A stretch of 63,769 nt of DNA, filler included, from Craspedostauros australis (Eukaryota), in assembly GCA_030167865.1 (NCBI GenBank). It is 7 parts of 7 records of this genome, joined end to end, with 100 filler letters (N's around TTAATTAATTAA, not from the genome) between each part and the next. Parts side by side here need not be neighbours in the genome. Positions count along the whole stretch, not along the records: positions 6,279 to 14,909 come from JALAGF010006330.1; positions 15,010 to 20,765 come from JALAGF010006331.1; 5 more parts are not named here. One strand, written 5' to 3'. Positions 10,301-20,865 of the stretch are shown piece by piece. A program made the position numbers and the translations under genes. The notes beneath the pieces are model-generated. The model was not told where the DNA came from, made no database searches, and saw nothing but the letters and a program-made list of their open reading frames with translations. Position 1 is the first letter of the stretch. Every line of letters begins with the position of its first letter.

Positions 10301-12308
10301 CCAGCCAGCCCCTGCAACGACGTCCACGCATCACATGACCACGCGCAGAGGGCCACGAATTGACTACCGCCAACTACACAGCACAGGGCGCGGTGACACG
10401 CACGCCACAGTCACGGTGCTCTCTAATGAGCCCACTGAGGAAAACATCGAGCAACACAACGAATGCGTTTTTGTGACAGAACAGATGAACTGGAAGCGCG
10501 GACTCAAGCTGTTTCAGGAACGCGGTGAAGACGCAATCAGCAAGGAACTGGAGCAGGTACACGAGATGGATGGTTTCGAACCAAAACATTGGCATCAGCT
10601 GACTCGCGACGAAAGAGCCAAGTCCCTGCGGTACCTCATGTACCTGAAGGAAAAGCGGAACGGTATCATCAAGGGACGCGGGTGTGCTGACGGACGGAAG
10701 CAGCGCCTATACCTCACCAAGGAGGAAACCAGCTCGCCTACAGTCTCACTGCTCGGACTGATGCTCTCATGCGTGATTGATGCACATGAAGGACGTGACG
10801 TTGCGACCGTTGACGTGCCAGGAGCGTTCCTGCAGACCACATTCGACAAGGGCGATGTGGTTCATGTGCTCATCGAAGGACGGATGGCGGAACTATTGGC
10901 AAAGGTGGCTCCTGATGTGTACGCAGAATATGTGCACAAGAAACGTGGACAGTCGGCTATCTACGTGAAGCTTACAAAGGCACTATATGGCACACTGAAG
11001 GCGGCGCTACAATGGTGGAAAGACTTGACGGCGACACTGGTTGCTGACGGATTCACCATCAACCCATACGACTGGTGTGTCGCCAACAAGCACATCGATG
11101 GCAGTCAATGCACTGTCGTGTGGCATGTGGACGACTTGAAAATTTCCCACATCAAGTCATCGGCTGTGAGTGACGTGATCACCATGCTCAATGATGCCTA
11201 CGGGAAGCGCACTCCACTCACCGTTCACAGAGGAAAGCAACACGAATATCTGGGCATGACACTTGACTACTCTGAGCCTGGTGAGGTGAGAATCGATATG
11301 AAAGAATACATCGACGGCATTCTTGCAGGAGTGCCTGCCAACATGGATGGCCATGCCGTCACACCAGCTGCCAACCACCTATTCGAAGTCAACAACAACG
11401 ATCCCACTCTTCTGGATGACGACACCAAGGAGATGTTCCATCACATCGTGGCCAAGCTCCTTTTCCTGTGCAAGCGCGCACGTCCCGACATTCAAACCGC
11501 CATCTCATTCCTTTGCACCCGCGTGAAGAGCCCTGATGAGGATGATTACAAGAAATTGGCACGTACAATCAAGTACCTCCGCGCAACCCGACACCTCACT
11601 CTCACACTTGGTGGGTCCTGTCTCAGTGACGTACAATGGTGGGTGGACGGTGCCTTTGGCGTCCACAACGACATGCGCAGCCACACGGGCGCACACATGT
11701 CGACAGGAGCAGGAGCCATCTACGCCACATCGGCAAAACAGAAGCTCAACACAAAGAGCTCCACGGAAGCTGAGCTTGTGGCTGTGGATGATGTGATGCC
11801 CCAGGTGCTGTGGGTTCGCTACTTCCTTCAAGAGCAAGGCGTCGCAGCCAAACCATCAACCATACATCAAGACAACCAAAGCGCGATGTTGCTGGAGAAC
11901 AATGGGCGGCGATCCAGTGGCAAGCGCACTCGGCACATCAACATTCGATACTTCTTTGTGCACGACAGAATCCAAAACAAGGAGGTGACAGTCCAATATT
12001 GTCCCACCGATGACATGATTGGTGATTTCTTCACGAAGCCTCTGCAGGGATCGAAATTCCGGGAATTCCGGAACGCAATACTCAACCTCAGGCCGACTGC
12101 TGCCAACAAGGCCAAGACATACAAGGAAGCCCTGTTGACATCACAGGAGTGTGTTGGTGTTTGTGGTGGCCAAGGTCCACGTGGCAGAGCAGAAGAGCAC
12201 AACAATGACCCAAATGACCGGGCAGAGGCAAAGATACGCAGCCGCGGAGCACAGCACGACGAAGCACGAAGCACGGCAACAGCAAGAAGCAAGAAAACAA
12301 CCCCATAA
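7356..12308 (+). CDS. Gag-Pol polyprotein (1650 aa): Gag, Zn knuckle, protease, integrase, RT, RNase H
   Basis: CTRCGRSNHTDEQC; WILLDNQST; VDNQFE/EHVPEVER; KGRGCADG, DVPGAFL, ALYG, WHVDDL; STEAEL, QDNQSA, DFFTKPL; Copia domain order. Confidence 0.95.
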   Translation: MSSDVKPPNPAKPKAEGGSNNNNNNKGKQRNKPYTPFAKPAKFEGACADLKGHVFDCAAVRSRQVDEYSKTIEAITTYVGTQYGPLISMAVENLTEPTINEPDDYPANATDIQKDKWKRQYALYTTRLLNAETDYQKVYSLVWGQCSDIMRTRIQESDDYTSTSTSRNTAGLLKIIKSVVFNYQTHEQGTVAACMIMQELMGLRQKRRQPVQEYYESFLNLSEVNDSIKTSISEVGCIIEAVTKDRSITSPSAAQKKIIAAAAKQRFLAVQFILGADRHRFGSLIEELRNDHIKGSDRYPTTMVAALTMLSHWSKDPRNVPGIHTPKDTGMAFVNADTTKATCTRCGRSNHTDEQCHAKYHSNGTVLVHSTEECDNNDFVFLHAHMSGSAAHTHNQDTGIIPRSWILLDNQSTVDVFSNHQLLKDIHTTNNALTIHCNAGTATTNQRGTLPGYGDVWYHPTGVANILSLSKVKGRFRVTYDSTGANSFTVHKEDGSTQSFRESAGGLFYLDTGRITGVTMISTVDDNRNSFSSFDYSQAKLARSIQQRIGRPTSRNFIRYVHNGLIPNCPITTKDIRTADLIFGPDVASLKGRTVRQVSPAVRAQIAQLPANIMQQYRDVQLSVDIMVVNGIKFLVSVAKHIKFGTVTKLDSASNKHLNTQFNKLIQLYKQRGFRVTIIMVDNQFESLRGDLAEHGVSINVTSRDEHVPEVERYIRTIKEKTRSTYHSLPFKHYPPMLIIEMVNHSVFWLNMFPHPNGVSKRMSPSEIVVGRKIDYNTHCRIEFGSYVHTHEQHDNTMRPRTVGAITLRPSGNVQGGHVFFSLETGMRIHRRSWTELPMTQTVIDRVHAMAKAAKANKQLNFATQRGLELYPIADDDDSDDDNDDQSDASDSHDDDDDDDDDFSDDDDESSDEDDDDDDSNDTSNDESDEDSIDSDDDNNDGDINEDPDGPIYDIQPIAGQDNEPDVFDDPQEDAQEEQPNIQPAPATTSTHHMTTRRGPRIDYRQLHSTGRGDTHATVTVLSNEPTEENIEQHNECVFVTEQMNWKRGLKLFQERGEDAISKELEQVHEMDGFEPKHWHQLTRDERAKSLRYLMYLKEKRNGIIKGRGCADGRKQRLYLTKEETSSPTVSLLGLMLSCVIDAHEGRDVATVDVPGAFLQTTFDKGDVVHVLIEGRMAELLAKVAPDVYAEYVHKKRGQSAIYVKLTKALYGTLKAALQWWKDLTATLVADGFTINPYDWCVANKHIDGSQCTVVWHVDDLKISHIKSSAVSDVITMLNDAYGKRTPLTVHRGKQHEYLGMTLDYSEPGEVRIDMKEYIDGILAGVPANMDGHAVTPAANHLFEVNNNDPTLLDDDTKEMFHHIVAKLLFLCKRARPDIQTAISFLCTRVKSPDEDDYKKLARTIKYLRATRHLTLTLGGSCLSDVQWWVDGAFGVHNDMRSHTGAHMSTGAGAIYATSAKQKLNTKSSTEAELVAVDDVMPQVLWVRYFLQEQGVAAKPSTIHQDNQSAMLLENNGRRSSGKRTRHINIRYFFVHDRIQNKEVTVQYCPTDDMIGDFFTKPLQGSKFREFRNAILNLRPTAANKAKTYKEALLTSQECVGVCGGQGPRGRAEEHNNDPNDRAEAKIRSRGAQHDEARSTATARSKKTTP

Positions 12309-12427
12309 AATCAAACAAACAGTATCCGACGAAACAACCACACGTGAACTCGCACAGTGCATGCTCTGGCTCCACCCTTCAGCTCAGAGCTGAGTAGGGA
12401 ACCGTGCACACCGCTGTTGCATCAACA
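12152..12427 (+). repeat. 3' LTR
   Basis: Direct repeat of 7046-7321, preceded by CACAGGAGTG. Confidence 0.97.
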
Positions 12428-14174
12428 GAAGTAACTCCAGCAGTAGTCACTGTAATCGTCGATCACAAGAAGCCAGTATTTGCCCCTTCCCAGGCTGTGT
12501 GTCTGAACACTNNNNNNNNNNNNNNNNNNNNNNNNNNNNNNNNNNNNNNNNNNNNNNNNNNNNNNNNNNNNNNNNNNNNNNNNNNNNNNNNNNNNNNNNN
12601 NNNNNNNNNNNNNNNNNNNNNNNNNNNNNNNNNNNNNNNNNNNNNNNNNNNNNNNNNNNNNNNNNNNNNNNNNNNNNNNNNNNNNNNNNNNNNNNNNNNN
12701 NNNNNNNNNNNNNNNNNNNNNNNNNGTCGGTTGACACACCAACATGAGCTTGGTCGTCGGCCTTGGCATTGCTCACCATGTTCACTCCGCAAACGAAGCC
12801 GCTCTGGGTCGCCATGATGCGGTCGAAGCTGATGCGCACGCTGCCCTTCTTCAGGCTGATCACGATACCGCGGTTGCTAATGTCGAACCCATTTTCGAGA
12901 GCTTTATTGATGCTCAGCAGGTTCACCCACAGCTTCGGCACGTACTTCACTGACTTGAGTACGACGATGGATGTCCTTCCATTCTTCTGCATGACGGTCA
13001 TGCGCTTGTCCCCCACCTTGGTTGCCTTGAGGAAGCGTCCGTTTCCGATCTTCACCGATTGGTCGGAGACTTGGACGTTGGTCATTCCTTCGTCGCTGTT
13101 GGTGAGATGGCATGATGCGCCTGAATCGCCTAGCCAGGTGTTGCTTTCGTAGTGGTCTGGTGCGATGGCGGATCTCTTCGCGTCGACGTCGTTCACGTTC
13201 CCGATCATCAGAGCCACCTCGTGGCCCTCGTCGTGTTCCATGTAGAGTGGCAACACCGAGAGTTCTGGCTTCGAGTCTTGGACCCCTTTGTCGCTATCGT
13301 GATGCATCCAGAGGATGGAATGCGTAGCGTGGAGGGTCATGTGCGAGATCAGGTCGTGGGGGAACGGGTTGAAGTGGTGAAACTCCAGGCTGTTGTTGAT
13401 GTTGCACGGATTGCGACAGACGCTGATCACGTTGAACATCCCGATCTCGTGGAGTTGGAAGTACACCGATCGTGCTTCGACTTGTGGAGGGTATGCGCCC
13501 GTGTAGGTTCCAACTGCATCATAGCACAACAAGGCGAGTTCAGATCGCACGTCATTGGCTGTAAGCACGTTGCTCAATGATGCTCGGACAGCACAGCGGA
13601 GAGACCCTGCTCTTGCGAGAAAGGCGCGTCGCTCCGCGCGTTCCGCGTCGTTGGTTGGTACATCACCGCGTGGCTCGTTCGCGAGCTGGATGAAAAAGGG
13701 GACTTCGGCGCATTCCACACACCATGCGTATAGCAGACCACGCTTGAGGCACAATGGGCACCAAGCCGTGTTGGTGAGGAGTCGTGCAGACTCTTCGATC
13801 ATGCCGTCTACATAAGAGCGCTCGGGGGCAAAGTTGTAGACGGGGAGGCGGGCTGCGCCGCGTTGGTTGCCCTCGCCCATGTCGTCATCGGCGTCCTCGG
13901 TGTCGGTGGCCCCTTCGTTGGTGAGGCTTGCATTGTAGTAGGACTCTTGTCCTGGGTTGGAGTTGCTCATCTTGTTGTTGACGTTGTGTGGTCTCAAGGA
14001 AACAATGGGAGATGTGTCAGTCTGTTCGACGATGGCTGCAAAGGCGACATCTTCCATTACGTTGGAGTCGGATTGATTGTTGCTTCCGATGTCGCGTGTT
14101 TTCCCTCGTCTGCGTTCACAGACAAGTTGGTCACATTTTCCAATTCGTTCGTGTTTCCCGAGGTGGGGACACAA
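12428..14174 (-). pseudogene. Pol (extra domain, protease, integrase start) of the host Copia, disrupted by the nested insertion
   Basis: WLGDSGASCH protease; VKYVPKLWVNLLS; KYWLLVIDDYSDYCWSYF. Confidence 0.9.
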
Positions 14175-14909
14175 ATTAGCTCATCTGTCATCACAAGAGC
14201 CACGTCGTTGTTTCCCTCCATCCCATCAGTCGCCACATTGGCCGAGTCTGCCTCCTTCATGGCTGCTTTCAGCTCGAAGCACTGTAGGATCTTGTGTCCC
14301 TTCTTACCGCAGTACTTACACTCCCCGTTGAACTTGGGCTTGCTGTTGTTGTCTCCTTGGCCACTCTTCTTGTTCTTGCCGTTGCCTTTCTTAGGGGCGG
14401 AGCGGCAGTCTGCTTTCTTGTGGCCGTAGGCACCACAGTTGCGGCAGTGACCTTTGAAGCCTCCTACTGCAGCGAATGCAGTCTCTTCCTTGTTACTATT
14501 GTTCTCACGTCTATTGCCGCCGAGTTTGAGGTATCGGCCGTCGTAGGTGGCACTGACAGCCTCGCGGATGTCTTCGAGGGTCATGGTATTCTCCATACCG
14601 TCGAACTTGAGCTCCAAGAGCTTCACGTCCGTCTCGTATTCCCTTCCGAGGGCGTTGAGTACGAGCATGTGGTACTGTTGCATATCCATCTTGATGCCAG
14701 TACTACCGAGGCGATTACGCAGCACTTCCATCTCAGTTAGGAACGTGTCTGGGTGTTCACCTTTCTTCAACCGCATCCCGTTGAGTTGAGCCAACAACTT
14801 TGCCTTGACAGGCGCAGTACGCTGTTCGTAGATGCGTTCAAGGGCCTTCCACGCCTTGCGTGGGTCTCCACTCTCAGTGGGCCCGCCCTTGGTTCCCACC
14901 ACAGCCATG
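14057..14909 (-). CDS. Gag of the host Copia with two CCHC zinc knuckles, 5'-truncated by the contig end
   Basis: AWKALERIYE; CRNCGAYGHKKADC; CKYCGKKGHKILQC. Confidence 0.9.
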
Positions 14910-15009
14910 NNNNNNNNNNNNNNNNNNNNNNNNNNNNNNNNNNNNNNNNNNNNTTAATTAATTAANNNNNNNNNNNNNNNNNNNNNNNNNNNNNNNNNNN
15001 NNNNNNNNN

Positions 15010-16405
15010 TGTGTTGCCATCCAGAAGTAACTCTCGAAGGAAGAAAGGCCCGTCTTGATCTTGCTTTTGCGTGTGAGGAGGTTTGTCATGAGGATGAACG
15101 CGGGCCTTCCCACTGGATTGTTAGTCGTAGATGAGTACATGTCCAATAGTTGTTTGATGGAGGTGCTACCACGATCGAACACCGGGACATTCTCGAATTC
15201 AACTCCACCATACNNNNNNNNNNNNNNNNNNNNNNNNNNNNNNNNNNNNNNNNNNNNNNNNNNNNNNNNNNNNNNNNNNNNNNNNNNNNNNNNNNNNNNN
15301 NNNNNNNNNNNNNNNNNNNNNNNNNNNTCGCCACGGCTAAACATATCAAACCCACGTCGCAATGTTGTTAGCTGACTCCTAGTAATAGTGGCACGCGTGG
15401 GCTCGACACGATTGCGTTGTTCCTCTGGAAGAGTCTTCACGTGACGAGACAGGATTGCGGAGCTGTTAGTGAATGATGTAGATGCAGCGAGCACAGCTCT
15501 GGCAGCGTTAGCAAGTGTCTTTTCTCCCCTCACACATAGGGTGTACAGGTTCGCACCAAGTNNNNNNNNNNNNNNNNNNNNNNNNNNNNNNNNNNNNNNN
15601 NNNNNNNNNNNNNNNNNNNNNNNNNNNNNNNNNNNNNNNNNNNNNNNNNNNNNNNNNNNNNNNNNNNNNNNNNNNNNNNNNNNNNNNNNNNNNNNNNNNN
15701 NNNNNNNNNNNNNNNNNNNNNNNNNNNNNNNNNNNNNNCGTTCACATCGAAGTGATCCGTGAGCTCCTCCATCACACGAATCACAGCAGGGCGCCTCCAA
15801 TTTCCCCCCTCTTCCGGGTCATGCCCAAACTGACCTCCTCTCCTGTTCCTGCTGGCGCGCGTTCGTTTCCCCCTGTCGTTGTCCTCGTAGGTGGTGTCGC
15901 TGTCGTTGGAGGTGTCTGCATAGCCACCAGCAACAACAGCATTGCAGCGACGAGGGAGCCTCGCCAGTGGGGCAGGCTCGACAGGTGGTGCAACATCAGC
16001 TGCAGCAGGCGGGGGTGGCGCGTTCACGATAACGCTCACCAACGTACCATCGCCGACACCTCGTCCTTCCGAGCGCACCCTGACGTTGGAGTTGTTGTAG
16101 ACACCTCCGTTGCCATCGTGGATGTGTACGAACACGTGCAGCTCGCGAGCATGCGCATGTGTACTGTTCGGGACGAGGCTGCCATCTGCTGCATGCATCG
16201 GCTTCACATCGATCACTTGCGTGATGGTGCTCGGCTTCCTCAATGTAGCAGACGGCTTGTCAGGCAACAGTTGCTCTGCAGTAGGCAGCAGGAACCCCTT
16301 CGAATCGAAGGGAGGAGCAGATGCAAGGCGAGCAGAACGCGGTTTCTTACTGGGGGAGGGGTTAGCATCGTTGGGGAGGGCCTTGGCAGCGGCAGAGGGG
16401 AGCAT
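15010..16405 (-). CDS. Hypothetical protein, gapped and 3'-truncated, probably transposon-borne
   Basis: Long open frames across N gaps, downstream of a repeat terminus; no recognised domain. Confidence 0.4.
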
Positions 16406-16756
16406 GGTTGAATTGGTGCTGGAGAGAGTAGTTATTTGCTAGTTCGATGTGATGGTGTGCACTGGTCTGAGACGAAGTGAGGAAGGAGAGCATTCAAAGG
16501 AAGGTCGATCATTCAGCAACAACGACAACAACTACAACTACTACTACTACACGAACACTACCAGGGCGAGCACAAGCATGGACCACAACAGCGAGTGCGC
16601 ATGGCATTGGCGAGGGAAGTTGTGAGATGGAGCGAAAGAGTGGCGATGATTTGCGAAATTGTGAGGGGATGGCGATGATTTTGGATGTGTGATGTGTTTT
16701 GTGTGATGTGTTTTGTGACGAGCAAAATGTGAGATCATGTCGCAGATGCTAACGTG

Positions 16757-17068
16757 TATTTAACGTGTACCAAACGAACGACTCCTTCCGGAGCAGGTCC
16801 GTGACTGATCACCCGGCGATAAATACTTCGGAACAGCATAGAACCTTCTGAAAAACAACCAGGAATTTCATGGGGTCGACTCATAGGACTTCAGCATATC
16901 TTTGACTGTACATAAAACTTAAAAAAAGATATACAACAAAAATCGATCGGTTAATTAATTGTAAGAATACTATAAGGATTACTACTATGTGCTTGGTTTG
17001 GATCTACTAGATAAAAGTTATTGAGTCCCATGACAAAGTGCAGGTCGACTCACTGATCGGGCTCATAA
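16757..17068. repeat. Second copy of the diverged terminal repeat (see 1939-2257)
   Basis: Collinear conserved blocks. Confidence 0.6.
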
Positions 17069-19183
17069 TGCAACACAGCAACGTGCAGCCCTGTGGGGTG
17101 GCAAGTGATGCAACATCTGCATCGCACCACACTTTTGAAGACTTGCGATACTCTTGGATACGAACGAAAACATCAGTGCCAGTACCAATGTGCGAGACTG
17201 GAAAGCAGAGGAAGTGTAGACCAGAGCAATCGTATTCTGGTGCATCTGCAGATCATCTACGGCGACCACGTCTGACGGTCGTCGGAAAGGCTTCTGGCGG
17301 GAGGATCGGAGGCGATGATTCCACACTCTTCTCATCTGTTTCGTTCGGGTGCACCTTTTTGCGCCACAGGTTCAGTACTCATGACATGGCCGGATGTTGC
17401 GTTTGCGGGAACCTGTTCGTATCACATGCAAGACAACTCCTGTTGGACTCTGCGCTCTGCGATATCATGTGGTGCTGTTTCTTTCCTTTTAGTCATTTTG
17501 GTTGGTTTGATCGTGGTATTTGGCGTATCTGTGCCATACTACTGGTAGAAATGAGATTCGACATTGCGTTGGAGCGCGTTCAGGCACGCCGATGAAGGCT
17601 GACCGAGATAAAGTACAGATTCAATTCCAACATCGCAGCCCCCTCCACTTCTGTTGGTTCTGCAACGGGATTGCGAGCGTGGCGGCGCCACTTCTCCTCG
17701 TCTCCTATGAAGAACCGAAAAGCCAACCTCCATGGGGGCAAACAGAGCACTCCGCCAGTTGCGATTGCCGCTACCAAATTTACGTCGAATGCTATTTGCG
17801 GTGTCGTACCAGGATAGGCGCAGAACACAGAACACATGCGACTTGTCCTGTGGCAACGAAATGGCACCACCTTCCTTCGTCTACACAAGTCATACTCGCA
17901 GAGCAATGCACTATTGCTTCGCGAGGCATCGTTCGCAAGTTATCTCCTCTCTATTTGTACGAGTACCACCTATGTACGGTAGTGCACTGGAGGTTGGCAG
18001 AGAGGAGTGGGGAAAGGAGACGGGCTCAGCGCGCACAGCAAGATGACTGGCAGCCACGACGACCTTGCAACCAAGATGATTTTGGAAAAGTCGAGCAAAT
18101 GACTTCTCCTCGTGGGAAGCGCGGTAAAGACACCACATGTGTCGATTTGTACTTTATTCACGCTTGAAGCGTGTTGTGCCGTGCTTTGTTCGTTGGGATC
18201 ATCGACTCATGCGACTACTAGAGCACGCCTTTCCCGTGTTGGCATGACGTTGCGCTTATTAACGTGAGTGCCTGGCGATGTCCAACACTGTGTGAACGTG
18301 CCAACGACGTCCACTTTGCACTCCTTCCATCCCCTCGTGTCTGCTCCAAGGCATCCCCATTCCCAGACACGCGACGTCACATTGCCTCCTTTCCGCCGTG
18401 ACAGCCCTTCAGCTCAATCGCCCCTTGCTTTTCAAGAGGGTCCTTGCTTCGCATTCGTTGTTCGTGCTGGTGCGTGTCTTCGTGCCGGAACAACTCTCGA
18501 ATGCGTGGGGGTGTTTTTTTTTCGCGCCACAATTCATTGCTGCGCAGCACTCCAAAAAACATGCATCGTCTCATCATACTCTTGCCCAGTGTACTTCGAT
18601 TCTTCACTCGTCACTCTCCACACCCGTGACGAAAGTGAGCATGTTCGTTCGCAGGGGGGTAAGCAGCATCATGTCGTCCCTTTCCTGTCCTGATAGGCAC
18701 GCGTCATTGCGTGATGAACCCTGCTCGTGTCGCTTCCCTGCTCGTGTCGCTCTCATCGTCGGCTGTTGCTGTCAACATCCTCCCACCCCTCCGCTCAACG
18801 TGCGTGTGATTGCACAGTCCGGATGTTTCTCTGGTGTTTTCGTTCGTTTCATTAGGACACACTCGGATTGTTTTGCGCCAGCAACAGTGTCTGGTTGCCT
18901 AGTCCATCCTCTTGTGATCCAGAAAGGATGTCGCACCACAGGGACGAAGCTCCATCCCCAAACTGCGTTTCCAGTGGGTCCGAGATGCATTGTTGACAAC
19001 TAGTGTTCCCTGCGGTAAAGCATAGCACTTACACGATGAACAAGTCAGTGTGATGCTGTGCTTGCCTTTTTTCAAACCAGGACACCAAACACGAACTCAC
19101 TACAGCAGACAAGGGAGGACATCAACGATTAACATTTTATGCTTGTTAAATTCTGGCTATTTGTTACTGCTACGTGGGACGGC

Positions 19184-20392
19184 CTAATTAGTAGTGTTTG
19201 TGTGTTGTGCATCTGCACGGGCGATGGCACGTTCGCGTGCTTCTTGCATCGCGACAACCACGTCAAACGAGGGGAAACCGTTGCTCAATTCAATTTGCGT
19301 CACGATGGCAACCGCGTTGAATGCAAGGCGATGCTTGTCCACGTGGTGCCGCCACTTCAGGTGCATGCATTGCCAGTGCTTGATTCGCCTGTTGACCGTT
19401 TCGTGGCGGCACCGCATGATCCCATCCGCGCGAAAAGTTGGGGGGAACACACAAGGGTCCCCACGGTATCCGGCGTCTGCGACGACGACTTCGTGTTGCN
19501 NNNNNNNNNNNNNNNNNNNNNNNNNNNNNNNNNNNNNNNNNNNNNNNNNCATGCATTGCCAGTGCTTGATTCGCCTGTTGACCGTTTCGTGGCGGCACCG
19601 CATGATCCCATCCGCGCGAAAAGTTGGGGGAAACACACAAGGGTCCCCACGGTATCCGGCATCTGCAACGACGACTTCGTGCTGCACTAATTTCGGTTTC
19701 AGTCCCAGACGGAAGATCGAGAGATCGTTCAGCAGGCCACACGGGAAAGGCCCATTCGCCCAAACGATCTCACCAGTGGAAATCGCAACAGCCAACTCAT
19801 AACACAAACCAGAAGCGCGAAACTTGAACGAGTACCACTTCTGGCTAAACGGTTTGGGTTCGGTGATTCGCATGTCAGTCCCGTCCACAGTGACAAGCGC
19901 TTTTGCATCGTGACTTGCGCCAANGAAACGACGGTTCCAGACAATCTGTCAATTGGAGCGGTACCAGGAAAAATCAGAACCATGTGTGAGTGAATGGAGT
20001 GAACAGAATTTTGTGTTGCAGTTCGGGTGTGCGAATTTATTAGTACTTACAATGCGATCCTTAACGGTTTCAACGGCTTCCATCATTAGCCACATCCATT
20101 TCCGAAGTGTTTTGGCAGAACACTTGCACATGGTGGCNAGNGCAGTCTCAGACACGTACAGNCGAAGAAACGCGCACGTCCACAGGAGATGTTTCGGTTT
20201 CGCCGTGAGTGGCAGAGCTCGCGCATGACAGAGCTCGTTCCACAAGATGTGCACGATGTCAGGATGCGTTCCGAACACGGATGCGAACTGTCGCAGTGCC
20301 TCCCTGGAAAGGTTGTTTGTGTCCAAGCCTCTTGGGCGTGACCCAATCAACCCGAACCCCACGGTGGCAAAAGTTCCACTTGGTAGAAGCAT
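19184..20392 (-). CDS. DDE_Tnp_4 (PIF/Harbinger-ISL2EU-like) transposase; exons 20392-20051 and 19945-19184
   Basis: VDGTD, WYSFKF, WANGPFPCG, ADAGYRG, RHETVNRRIK; GTAAGT...ACAG intron of 105 nt restores the frame. Confidence 0.85.
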
Positions 20393-20865
20393 TCTCGTGT
20401 TCTTGCGAATTATGAGCTCTTGTGCAACTTGAAATGTCAAAATGAGGCGAAAAACAAGAATGCCAACAAGTAACCGTTGAGCTAGTACAAATTGTGCGCA
20501 AATCAACTGCAACTTGNNNNNNNNNNNNNNNNNNNNNNNNNNNNNNNNNNNNNNNNNNNNNNNNNNNNNNNNNNNNNNNNNGCTTTGCTGTGGGGAAGCC
20601 AATCAAGCGAGGGCGTTCTTCCAGATTAATCGCAGAGAAGTCGAACAAAGTGTACGGTTGTCCTCCAATGCTGCGCCCACTTGTGCTTCGTTGTGACCAA
20701 GGTACCAAGGAAGGCAGGATTCAACGGACGAAACATCCAATGAATTCCTTCGTTGCCGTATGTAGNNNNNNNNNNNNNNNNNNNNNNNNNNNNNNNNNNN
20801 NNNNNNNNNTTAATTAATTAANNNNNNNNNNNNNNNNNNNNNNNNNNNNNNNNNNNNNNNNNNNN

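Larger units (their letters stand above)
7046..12427 (+). mobile_element. Intact Ty1/copia LTR retrotransposon (diatom CoDi-like), 5382 bp
   Basis: Two 276-bp LTRs identical by eye (TGTTG...CAACA); 5-bp TSD GAAGT at 7041-7045 and 12428-12432; single uninterrupted gag-pol ORF. Confidence 0.97.
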
